From Candidatus Poribacteria bacterium (lineage in GTDB: Bacteria; Poribacteria; WGA-4E; WGA-3G), in NCBI GenBank assembly GCA_965214095.1, contig OZ243938.1, positions 3,776,001-3,840,000 of the forward strand: a stretch of 64,000 nt of DNA, in the 5' to 3' direction. Of this stretch, positions 29,622-38,197 are shown piece by piece. Positions within the stretch are counted from its first letter, which is position 1. The number at the start of each line of letters is the position of its first letter. A model generated the notes under the pieces. That model worked only from the letters and a program-made list of their open reading frames with translations. It did not search any database and had not been told where the DNA came from. The translations under genes and the position numbers were made by a program.

Positions 29622-29713
29622 TATACCATATCTAAGAATAAGACTTCATTATGAAATTATAGGTTCACCCTGAGATGAATGTAAGAGGCGCAATGAATTG
29701 CGCGACTACAAGC
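29622..29713 (-). repeat. REP-like family A copy
   Basis: TATACCA...GTAAGAGGCGCAATGAATTGCGCGACTAC. Confidence 0.8.
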
Positions 29714-29752
29714 GTGTTTCTGGTTAATGAGAAGTGATAAATTAAAATGGAA

Positions 29753-30718
29753 TTAATACCACATTGACTTATCCACTACATTCAGTAGTGGTGTTCCTTC
29801 AGCGAAACGTCGTGCGTTTTCTAAAAACACTTCAAAATGACGTTCCGATATATTTTCTGCATCCTTGACTGCTATATGTGGTGTTATCAACACATTTGGC
29901 ATTTGCCACAACGGATTTTCTGCAGGCAAAGGTTCCATCTCAAATACATCTAAACCACACCCAGCAATAGTTCCCTGTTCAAGAGCTTCTATCAGATCAT
30001 CAAGTTTAGTTGTTTTACCCCTCCCAATGTTGATGAAGTATGCTGTGTTTTTCATTAGTGTGAAACGTTCTTTGTTCCACATTCCTTCGGTTTCCGGTGT
30101 ATGTGGTGTAGTTACTATGACAAAATCTGCAATTGGGATGAGTTTGTCTAAATCCGCGGGTTGATGTTTTTCCACAAAAGGCACGTCATATTCCCATCTA
30201 GCATCAATACCGATTACCTTCATGCCGAACTCTGTACAGAGACGTGCAGTTTCATGTCCGATTCCACCAACACCGACAATCACTGCAGTTGCCTTAGCAA
30301 GGTCAATGTATCCACTCTTTCTGGCATTGTTGTCCCAAATACCTTTGCTTTGTGCGTTCATATAGTAGGGTAATCCACGAGCAAGTGCAAGTACAAACAT
30401 CAGGATATGCTGTGCGATATGGTCATTGTAAATACCACGCATATTGCAGACAACTACCGGATGTTCAACTAATTCAGAATAATAGAAACCAGGGGATGGT
30501 CCGGCAGCAGGACTTTGTAACCATTGTAACTTTTTCGCGAAAGGTAGTTGTTCTGGTGATACCCAACCGTAAACAGCATCTGTATCGGGTAGATGTGTGT
30601 TAACCTCTTCATCTGTTTTCGGTAGGACAACGGTATATGTGGGTAGTTCGTCCTGAATATGTTCTGCCCATTTTTGTAATTCAGTGTTGTGTGGTGGCAT
30701 CATTAGCAGTTTTGGCAC
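29753..30718 (-). CDS. D-isomer-specific 2-hydroxyacid dehydrogenase
   Basis: GVGGIG, NIGRG, LDVFE.EPL, ITPH. Confidence 0.92.
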   Translation of the reverse strand: MPKLLMMPPHNTELQKWAEHIQDELPTYTVVLPKTDEEVNTHLPDTDAVYGWVSPEQLPFAKKLQWLQSPAAGPSPGFYYSELVEHPVVVCNMRGIYNDHIAQHILMFVLALARGLPYYMNAQSKGIWDNNARKSGYIDLAKATAVIVGVGGIGHETARLCTEFGMKVIGIDARWEYDVPFVEKHQPADLDKLIPIADFVIVTTPHTPETEGMWNKERFTLMKNTAYFINIGRGKTTKLDDLIEALEQGTIAGCGLDVFEMEPLPAENPLWQMPNVLITPHIAVKDAENISERHFEVFLENARRFAEGTPLLNVVDKSMWY

Positions 30719-30855
30719 GGATTCTTCCTCTGATGAAATTGATTATCACATTATCTTTATCATATCACGCCATGACATGTAAATCAAGGTATCTATGGCA
30801 ATGGGCATACAAATATTCATTGCATAGAATCCATAAAATATGATATGATAGGAAC

Positions 30856-32748
30856 ATGCATCCGAATGAACCAAGCACATTACAGGACGTTGAGAAATCT
30901 TCACCCCTTCGTTTTATTGTTGGTACGCTCCTCTTCGGTTCTATCCTCATTGTTCTTACATGTTATTGGATAATCTCAGCTGAGAACCGTGTTGTTTGGG
31001 AACTTACTGATTTTTCGATTTTTCCTACCGTTCTTTTTACCTTCTTTCTGTTGGCTGCTCTTGCCCCAATCCTGAGAAGAATATTAAAACGCGCTGCCCC
31101 TACGTCACGTGAACTTGCAATGACCTACATTATGGTTTCGGTGGCAACAGCTCTTGCTGGACACGACATCGTGCGGCAATTAGTGCCGATGATTGCTAAT
31201 GCAGGGTGGTTTGCTACACCAGAAAATGAATGGGCAGATATCTTCTTTCGCTTTCTACCAACGTGGTTGACAATTACTGATCGTAAGATATTACAAGGTT
31301 ATTTTGAAGCGGATGATTCATTTTGGCAGCCTCGTTATATGGAAGCATGGCTTTGGCCTATTGTCGCATGGAGTTTCTTGGTAATCGTTCTGCTCTTTAT
31401 GATGTTATGTATCAACATCATCATACGGAAACAGTGGATAGATCATGAGAAGTTGAGTTATCCATTGACAACACTTCCTGTTGAATTGCTTGGAAATACT
31501 TCTAATCTATTTCGTAACAAACTGATATGGCTTGGATTTGGGATTGCCTTTGGACTTGAGATCATGGCAGGTCTCAATTATCTTTTTCCTGTCATCCCTT
31601 CTTTGAAAATCAAGTATCTCCTATTTTTTGAAGATCGTCCTTGGAATGCAATGGGCCGTTTACCGATCTATGTATATCCATTTGCGATAGGACTTGGTTA
31701 TCTCATGCCGTTAGATTTAGCGTTGTCTTTCTGGGGATTTTACTTGTTCTGGGGCTTGCAGCGCGTTGCTTTTAGTGCCACGGGATGGACAACTGCTATC
31801 GGCTATCAAACAGAACAACGGACAGGTGCTTGGATCGGGATCGGACTACTTGCATTGGTAACAAGTAGGAGAGAAATATTAAGAGTCCTTGGTGGCGTTT
31901 TTTCATTCAGGTCAAAAGATGGTTTATATCAACTCGCTGTCTTTGGATTGATAATTGGCTTAGCAATTGTGTTAGTATTTTGGTATTTTGCGGGGTTATC
32001 TCCGTGGGTAGCACTCGGATATTTTGGCATCTATTTGGTATTATGTATTGGTATGACACGCATGCGTGCTGAACTTGGTCCCCCTACACATGAACTTCAC
32101 GGTGTACATCCTGACCGCATCATGCTACTGTTTTTTGGCAGTCGTCCTTTGGGAGCGCAGAATCTGACGAACACAACATTGTTATCGTGGCTTGCCTACG
32201 GTTATCGGTGTCATCCGATGCCACATCAATTAGAGGCATTTAAAATTGGTCGGCAGTTCCGGCTTCGAGAGAATAGGATTGTAATTGCGTTGATAGTTGC
32301 GTCGATTGTAGGTGCAGTTATTTCCATAGTTGGTCACGTTGCCCTCTACTATGAATTTCGGTTTGCTCGGTGGGGTGTCGGTGAATTTAACCGCCTTCAA
32401 AACTGGATTACTTCACCGCGTGCGCCGAATCTAATTGCAATCCAACACATTGGCTTTGGTTTCTTATTTACTGGTGTATTGACAGTCCTCAAACGGCAGT
32501 TTTTATGGTGGCCGTTTTATCCAGTAGGATATGCTGTGGGTAACGGTTGGGCGATTGGATGGATGTGGTTCTCCATATTCTTGGGGTGGTTATTCAAAAG
32601 GATACTTTTCACGGGTGGTGGCGTGCGTGCCTACCGTAATGCGTTACCACTATTCTTAGGACTTATCTTTGGTCAATTCCTTGCGGGTAGTCTTTGGAGT
32701 TTGTTAGGTGTGTTGTTTAACAAGAACATGTATACCCTCTTTCCGTAA
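30856..32748 (+). CDS. Polytopic membrane protein (DUF6785/DUF6784-like, putative transporter)
   Basis: Many TM helices; QW...EKLSYP, RMRAE.G, WWPFYPVGY, FLGLI.G. Confidence 0.7.
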   Translation: MHPNEPSTLQDVEKSSPLRFIVGTLLFGSILIVLTCYWIISAENRVVWELTDFSIFPTVLFTFFLLAALAPILRRILKRAAPTSRELAMTYIMVSVATALAGHDIVRQLVPMIANAGWFATPENEWADIFFRFLPTWLTITDRKILQGYFEADDSFWQPRYMEAWLWPIVAWSFLVIVLLFMMLCINIIIRKQWIDHEKLSYPLTTLPVELLGNTSNLFRNKLIWLGFGIAFGLEIMAGLNYLFPVIPSLKIKYLLFFEDRPWNAMGRLPIYVYPFAIGLGYLMPLDLALSFWGFYLFWGLQRVAFSATGWTTAIGYQTEQRTGAWIGIGLLALVTSRREILRVLGGVFSFRSKDGLYQLAVFGLIIGLAIVLVFWYFAGLSPWVALGYFGIYLVLCIGMTRMRAELGPPTHELHGVHPDRIMLLFFGSRPLGAQNLTNTTLLSWLAYGYRCHPMPHQLEAFKIGRQFRLRENRIVIALIVASIVGAVISIVGHVALYYEFRFARWGVGEFNRLQNWITSPRAPNLIAIQHIGFGFLFTGVLTVLKRQFLWWPFYPVGYAVGNGWAIGWMWFSIFLGWLFKRILFTGGGVRAYRNALPLFLGLIFGQFLAGSLWSLLGVLFNKNMYTLFP

Positions 32749-32750
32749 CC

Positions 32751-33122
32751 TTAGAAATCTTCCAATGCCTCTTCTTCCGAAGCATATACACCTATGCTTT
32801 GTGTGAGACCAATAGTATTAAAAATAGTTCGTACCTGCATTGCCGGATGTGCAATTCGCAATTCTTGTCCTTTATCCCTTGTCTTCCATAGTAATTTTAT
32901 TATAGTCCCAAAACCACTACTTGTGATGAAACTTTGCCTATCAAAGTTGAGTAATAGTTTTGTTGAGTCCTGTACTCCATTGTCTGCATAAGCGTCATTA
33001 ATTGCTTCTTCAGATTCGTTGGTTAGGTAACCGGTAATGTCAAAAATTGCGATGTCTCCCTCATGGCGAATAGAGATCTGTGGTTGTGCTCTCACGTTGT
33101 CCTCCAAAAGATTAGAATCCAT
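32751..33122 (-). CDS. STAS-domain anti-sigma factor antagonist
   Basis: FITSSGFG phosphoacceptor motif, VRTIF..IGL. Confidence 0.85.
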   Translation of the reverse strand: MDSNLLEDNVRAQPQISIRHEGDIAIFDITGYLTNESEEAINDAYADNGVQDSTKLLLNFDRQSFITSSGFGTIIKLLWKTRDKGQELRIAHPAMQVRTIFNTIGLTQSIGVYASEEEALEDF

Positions 33123-33226
33123 AGTGTATAATATTCCCAAAAATCCTATATTGTTGAATTGTAGTTTTGAACAATATCCATCAAATATGTCTACTCAAGA
33201 ACGACTCAAAACAATAAAATGAAATG

Positions 33227-34171
33227 TTAATCATTAGTGAAAGTGCGTTGTAATGGTGTATGGGGTGGTTGATCTTGTACTATGGTTCCATCGTTAAGAT
33301 GGAGCCAGGTCTCAAATTGACGTTCACCTTCAATTAATTCAATCACTCGTCCGCCGCGTGGAAACCCATCTTTACCATAGGTGCTGAAACCAGAAGCTCT
33401 CCCATAACATAGACGAATCCCGTGCAAATCTCCCCAGAAGTCGTTGATATGATCATGTCCAACGAATGTGCCTATAACATCGCCAGCTTCGTGTAGGGCA
33501 GCAAAGAATCCAGTGTTAATTCTGGGCGCACATATATCTTCATATTTTGCACCATAACAGGTGTGAAAATCCCATACTTCGTGGTATTCAGGAATGGGTA
33601 TATGAAAGAAAGCGAGTGCCGGTAGCGGGTGTTCAAATGTACCGTTGTGTCTTGCAGATTCACTGAGAAACCACTCAATTTGAGCACGTTTGATCCAGTC
33701 ATAGCCACCTATATCTGTAGGTGCATAACTTCCTGAATCAATAAAATATAGTAGTGCTGCAGGCGACGATTCATCAACGCTTTGAACAGTTAGAGCAAAA
33801 TTACCAACTCCTGGAACATCATCCGGACCTGGTTCCACAATGGAAAGATTACTTTCCTGCATGACAGCCATAAGTTCTTGACGGTTAGCAGTGCCTTCGT
33901 CATCATGATTACCGAAAACTGCCGTCCAAGGAGTACCGTTTCTTTCGGTAACCTCTATTACTTGACGAAGAGACTCAATAGCATCATCACATCCGCCTCC
34001 CGATAATATATCACCTGTCAGAACGATTAAGTCAGGCGCAACTGCTTTAGTAATACTCTCCATCAAAGCTGCAGATTTCTGGTCGGCGGGATCACCGTTT
34101 TGCCAATGAATATCAGTGAATTGGATAATCTTAAATCTTTTATTTTCTTGGAACTTTAATACATTCTTCAT
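33227..34171 (-). CDS. Calcineurin-like metallophosphoesterase (Dcr2/PAP-like)
   Basis: FTDIH, TGD, FGNHD, FFHIP, GHDH. Confidence 0.9.
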   Translation of the reverse strand: MKNVLKFQENKRFKIIQFTDIHWQNGDPADQKSAALMESITKAVAPDLIVLTGDILSGGGCDDAIESLRQVIEVTERNGTPWTAVFGNHDDEGTANRQELMAVMQESNLSIVEPGPDDVPGVGNFALTVQSVDESSPAALLYFIDSGSYAPTDIGGYDWIKRAQIEWFLSESARHNGTFEHPLPALAFFHIPIPEYHEVWDFHTCYGAKYEDICAPRINTGFFAALHEAGDVIGTFVGHDHINDFWGDLHGIRLCYGRASGFSTYGKDGFPRGGRVIELIEGERQFETWLHLNDGTIVQDQPPHTPLQRTFTND

Positions 34172-34247
34172 ACGTAATTATACCCCCGTATAACTATAAA
34201 CATAATTCAAAAATAATGCAAGTAAAATTAATTCGGAGCAGGATATT

Positions 34248-34351
34248 TATGGTAAATTATTGAATTAATTCTACACAATGATCAGGTGAGGTTAGGAAAC
34301 CTCGCCTACCGTTGATAGAAAGTGTAGATATAATTTATATGCTTCACCATA
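34248..34351. repeat. Family B repeat element, copy 3 (diverged)
   Basis: TATGGTAAA...GGTGAGGTTAGGAAACCTCGCCTACCG...TTCACCATA. Confidence 0.65.
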
Positions 34352-34470
34352 ATACCATTTCTAAAAAATAACATGCCCTTTAAAAATTTAGATGGTTCGT
34401 AGTCGCGTAATTCATTGCGGTTCGGACATTCTAATTAAAAAATGGAAATTCATTAATAGAATTTGGTATA
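34352..34470 (+). repeat. REP-like family A copy with ATACCA...TGGTAT ends
   Basis: ATACCATTTCT...GTAGTCGCGTAATTCATTGCGGTTCGGACAT...AGAATTTGGTATA. Confidence 0.8.
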
Positions 34471-34499
34471 AATAACCCTGGTGCACAATCTGCACAATC

Positions 34500-34847
34500 G
34501 GGTGTGTAAAGTTCTTGGCAAAATGGACACAGATATCCTATAGGAGGATCTCCGAATCGCGAACTGTCGGGAATCGGAGATCCCTCGGACTTGGTCAGAA
34601 AACAGCAATTATTCAACGATTGAATACCTCTGCGTATGCCATGAATGTTTGCATTAATTGCATTAATTTCTATTATAATTTGGATTTATTTATGAAAAAA
34701 CCTTCGCGAAAAAATAGAGTTAGATTCAGTCATAATAAGAGATTATCAATGAGCTGGGTGTACTTCTGAGACTGAAAGAATGCGGTGCACGGAGACTCCG
34801 CAAGACAATGGTTGGTGAGAACTTAGTGCCAAAAACTTTACACACCC
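34500..34847. mobile_element. Non-autonomous MITE, 348 bp, 21-bp TIRs, 9-bp target duplication
   Basis: GGGTGTGTAAAGTTCTTGGCA ... TGCCAAAAACTTTACACACCC (1 mismatch), flanked by TGCACAATC at 34491-34499 and 34848-34856. Confidence 0.88.
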
Positions 34848-34912
34848 TGCACAATCTTAATCAGTTGACAAAATGGGTGATTCATGTGAAAATGATAGTG
34901 GAGGATTTATAT

Positions 34913-35662
34913 ATGAAACTTGCTCGATATGAATTAAATGAAGAAATTGGCTATGGTATTATTGATGGAAATAATTTAAAAACATTAGATGCGTGTCCTT
35001 TTACTGATTTTAATGAAACCGGTGAATCTGTTGCATTAGAAGAAGTGAAAATACTCGCTCCGACGAGACCCTCTAAAGTGTTAGCAGTGGGATTGAATTA
35101 CCGGAGTCATTTGGGAGATGCACCTGAACCACAAAATCCAGAAATCTTTATCAAAACACCATCATGTATTAACGATCCGGGTGGTGATATTGTCCTGCCA
35201 TCAGGTGATGATGAAGTTCATGCTGAAGGTGAATTGGTTGTAATAATGAAGGAACTAACAAGTAAAGCGACTCCCGAAGAAGCGGCAGCAAACATCTTAG
35301 GGGTAACTTGTGGGAATGATGTGAGTGCTCGCACATGGCAATCGAATGATATGCAATGGTGGCGTGCGAAAGCATCAGATACATTTGGACCTATGGGACC
35401 TTTCATTGCGACTGATGTTGACTATGGTGATTTACAATTAGAGACCCGGATTAACGGTGACGTTGTGCAGTCTCAAACTACGGGAGATCTTATTTTTCCT
35501 GTACCTGTGATTGTTAGTTTTATTTCTCAAGCGATAACATTAAATCCAGGTGATGCGGTTTATACTGGCACCCCCGGTACCACAACTGCATTGAAAGCAG
35601 GAGATGTGGTTGAGGTAGAGATTGAAGGAATCGGGGTTCTAAGTAATCCTGTTGTAGATTGA
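34913..35662 (+). CDS. Fumarylacetoacetate hydrolase family protein
   Basis: Start MKLARY after GGAGG; VGLNY..H, EGEL, NDVSAR, KA.DTFGP.GP, TGTPG. Confidence 0.92.
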   Translation: MKLARYELNEEIGYGIIDGNNLKTLDACPFTDFNETGESVALEEVKILAPTRPSKVLAVGLNYRSHLGDAPEPQNPEIFIKTPSCINDPGGDIVLPSGDDEVHAEGELVVIMKELTSKATPEEAAANILGVTCGNDVSARTWQSNDMQWWRAKASDTFGPMGPFIATDVDYGDLQLETRINGDVVQSQTTGDLIFPVPVIVSFISQAITLNPGDAVYTGTPGTTTALKAGDVVEVEIEGIGVLSNPVVD

Positions 35663-35677
35663 GGTTAGAGGTGGAAG

Positions 35678-36094
35678 ATGGCTAAGATTAAGCTGTTTAA
35701 AGGTTACGAAGGAGAGCCTCCAATTCCGAAACCTAAGGGACAAGTGCGCGCTAATGTTGTCACTGTTCAAGATGGTGTACCAGTGAAGTATCCGGGTTGT
35801 GATGGGATTGGTGTGCGTGTTGTACATCCTGCGAACCCGAAAGCACCTGCTGAAAATTTAGGGATGGTGATGTTTTTTGTGCCTCCGCATGTTGTTTTGG
35901 AACCGGGGAGTCATCATACTGAGGAGTGTTATGTTATCATGCGTGGTGAAGGACTCATGACGATTGCTGATGAAAAAGTGCCTGTGCAAGCAGGTACGTT
36001 TATACATCTTCCACCGTGGTGTGAACACGGCATTGAGAATACAGGTGATGAGACTTTGGAGGTACTCATCTGTACTTCACCACCAAATCCATAG
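35678..36094 (+). CDS. Cupin domain protein
   Basis: HHTEECY...G, EHGIENTG. Confidence 0.85.
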   Translation: MAKIKLFKGYEGEPPIPKPKGQVRANVVTVQDGVPVKYPGCDGIGVRVVHPANPKAPAENLGMVMFFVPPHVVLEPGSHHTEECYVIMRGEGLMTIADEKVPVQAGTFIHLPPWCEHGIENTGDETLEVLICTSPPNP

Positions 36095-36118
36095 TGTATG
36101 ATGGTTATTGTATTGCTC

Positions 36119-36913
36119 TTACCAGTCTCGCGTGTATCCTGCAGTCCAACCGCCATCAACCGTAAGGATAGCACCGTTGATATAACTTGCCTCTGGTGCG
36201 ACTAAAAATAGCACGGCTGCAGCAATCTCTTCAACTTTTCCTGGTCGTCCGAGTGGGATGTGCGATAGGAGACTTTCAGCGTTTTCTGTGTATGCTCCAT
36301 CCGGTTCATAGAAGAGTGCTTTTGTGCCGCGGGTTAATGTTGAACCCGGTGCTACTGCGTTGACGAGTATTCCTTGCGGTCCGAGTTCCAACGCCATTGA
36401 CCGTGTAAGATTTGCGACACCCGCTTTTGCTGCGACGAACGCACTCTGAAGACGCAGCGGCACTAATCCTGCTATAGAACTAATATTGACAATACGTCCG
36501 GGAGTTTTTTCAAGCATGTGAGGGATTACGGCACGGCTAACGACAAAAACACCTGTTAGGTCGACTTGAAGGATGCGATGCCAATCATCTAAAGTGTATT
36601 GATGGATTGGTACACGTTCGCTTCTTGTGTTGATACCTGCATTGTTTATGAGTATTTGTATTCCACCGAGTTGCGTAGCGATATTTTTGGCAGCTGCTTC
36701 CATCTGTTCTGGGTTGCTAACATCAGCTTCAACGAAAATACAAGTGCTGCCGTCTTTCTGAATTTCTTGTGCAGTTTGAGTGCCTGCTTGTGTGTCAATA
36801 TCTATTATTGCGACCTGTGCACCATTTTCTATGAGTGCGTGTACAATTGCCTTGCCGATTCCGTTTGCTCCACCAGTAACAATCGCTCTGTGTCCTTCAA
36901 GTGTGACCTTCAT
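36119..36913 (-). CDS. Short-chain dehydrogenase/reductase
   Basis: TGGANGIG, NNAG; FVAAK in place of YxxxK. Confidence 0.9.
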   Translation of the reverse strand: MKVTLEGHRAIVTGGANGIGKAIVHALIENGAQVAIIDIDTQAGTQTAQEIQKDGSTCIFVEADVSNPEQMEAAAKNIATQLGGIQILINNAGINTRSERVPIHQYTLDDWHRILQVDLTGVFVVSRAVIPHMLEKTPGRIVNISSIAGLVPLRLQSAFVAAKAGVANLTRSMALELGPQGILVNAVAPGSTLTRGTKALFYEPDGAYTENAESLLSHIPLGRPGKVEEIAAAVLFLVAPEASYINGAILTVDGGWTAGYTRDW

Positions 36914-36931
36914 AAATAATCCATGAGTTAT

Positions 36932-37199
36932 AATACCAATTCAAAAAAATAAAATTCACTTTTGAATTAGAATGTAAAATGTAAGAGGCGCAATGAATTG
37001 CACGACTACTGGAGTGTCCATTCGGACATTGTAGGTCGGGTAGAGGCATGACTTTATTGATGATAAATGGCTGCCTGTCGGGTTTTGTGCCTCTACCCGA
37101 CCTACAAGATTAGTATAGACACTCCAGTAGTATAGACAGAACACTACAAGCACTTTTTTGTTAGTGTAAAGTGTATTGTAATTTTAGATTTCACTATAA
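36932..37199. repeat. Nested repeat cluster: family A copy, CTACTGGAGTGTC inverted-repeat envelope, GTAG REP doublet and a family B end
   Basis: IRs at 37006-37018/37118-37130 enclose 20-bp IRs at 37029-37048/37088-37107; ends TTTCACTATAA. Confidence 0.8.
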
Positions 37200-37239
37200 T
37201 CTGACAAACAAACACGTCTATAATATTCGTAGGACCAGT

Positions 37240-38061
37240 TTAAGAAGTTTTCTGTGCAGTGAACTTCATCTCTGTTTTTCCGTTTAGTCCTGCCACGACA
37301 GGGAATGTGCGTTCTCCTGTTCCATCTTTGGTAACATATCTGACATCCGGAGAGAAATATGCGTACAGAGCAGTGTTTCTCGGATTAGGAGTAGTGTTGG
37401 GACCTGAACCGTGTACCATCAAACTGTGGAAGAAGAGTGCACTGCCAGCGGTAAGCGGTACATCCATCTGTTGTTCGGCAACTTCCTTACGGTCTGTGAG
37501 TTCTGCGTCCTGTTGTCGTGCTATTCCGCCCCATTCTTGAACACCCCATAAATGGCTGCGTGGTACTACTTTGAAACATCCATTTTCTGGTGTTGCATCG
37601 TTTAGGGAAATGCTTACCGTTACTAATCTCGGTGGTTCCATTGGCCAATATGCCGAATCCTGATGTAATCCATGAGATGATCCGTGGAAAGCAGGCTTAA
37701 ACATTAAGGTGCTTCTAAAGAGCAATAGGTCTTCTCCGAGAAGGTTTTGAAGGACTGCTACAAGGTTGGGATGTTGCGCTAAATTCTTAAACACCTCAGA
37801 ATACTGACGTGTATTTTCTGCTTTTCTTAGGACAGGTAATTCATCTCCTTGCGTTTTATCTTGCGCGAAAGGTTCTCGTTGGACGTGTCTGCGTGCGACA
37901 TCAGCACATTCCTTTTGTTCCTCAGATTCCTGTCCAGCAGCAAATTCATGTATCAGTTGTATTTCTGCTTGACATTCTTCTAACTCTGTAGGTGATAATA
38001 GGTTTTCAACAACAAGGTAACCTTCTTTCTCAAAAAAGGTTTTCTGTGTTTTCTTATCCAT
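37240..38061 (-). CDS. Phytanoyl-CoA dioxygenase (PhyH) family protein
   Basis: LHQDSAYW, DATPENGC..VVPRSH, VHGSGPN...R. Confidence 0.92.
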   Translation of the reverse strand: MDKKTQKTFFEKEGYLVVENLLSPTELEECQAEIQLIHEFAAGQESEEQKECADVARRHVQREPFAQDKTQGDELPVLRKAENTRQYSEVFKNLAQHPNLVAVLQNLLGEDLLLFRSTLMFKPAFHGSSHGLHQDSAYWPMEPPRLVTVSISLNDATPENGCFKVVPRSHLWGVQEWGGIARQQDAELTDRKEVAEQQMDVPLTAGSALFFHSLMVHGSGPNTTPNPRNTALYAYFSPDVRYVTKDGTGERTFPVVAGLNGKTEMKFTAQKTS

Positions 38062-38197
38062 TTTTATCCTCCGATAAGTCGATTAATTTCCCAGATTAGA
38101 CTTGATATAGCAAAGCCGATATATACAGCGGATGCAATCAACATCATAATAGTTGAAATTGCTTTAGGTTTAGCAAAACTCGGTAAATAACGACGGT

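Noticed and set aside
34515-34769. 84-aa ORF inside the MITE as a transposase
   Set aside because: Too short, with no recognisable DDE or HUH motifs
34808-34912. N-terminal extension of the FAH ORF
   Set aside because: It runs through the MITE end; the RBS and homology pattern favour ATG at 34913
5910-37199. CRISPR array
   Set aside because: The repeats are dispersed, in mixed orientation and without regular spacers; no cas genes are present
3318-38061. Three PhyH genes, three SDRs and two sulfatases as a dedicated novel pathway
   Set aside because: They are dispersed and divergent; such expansions are already known for this kind of genome
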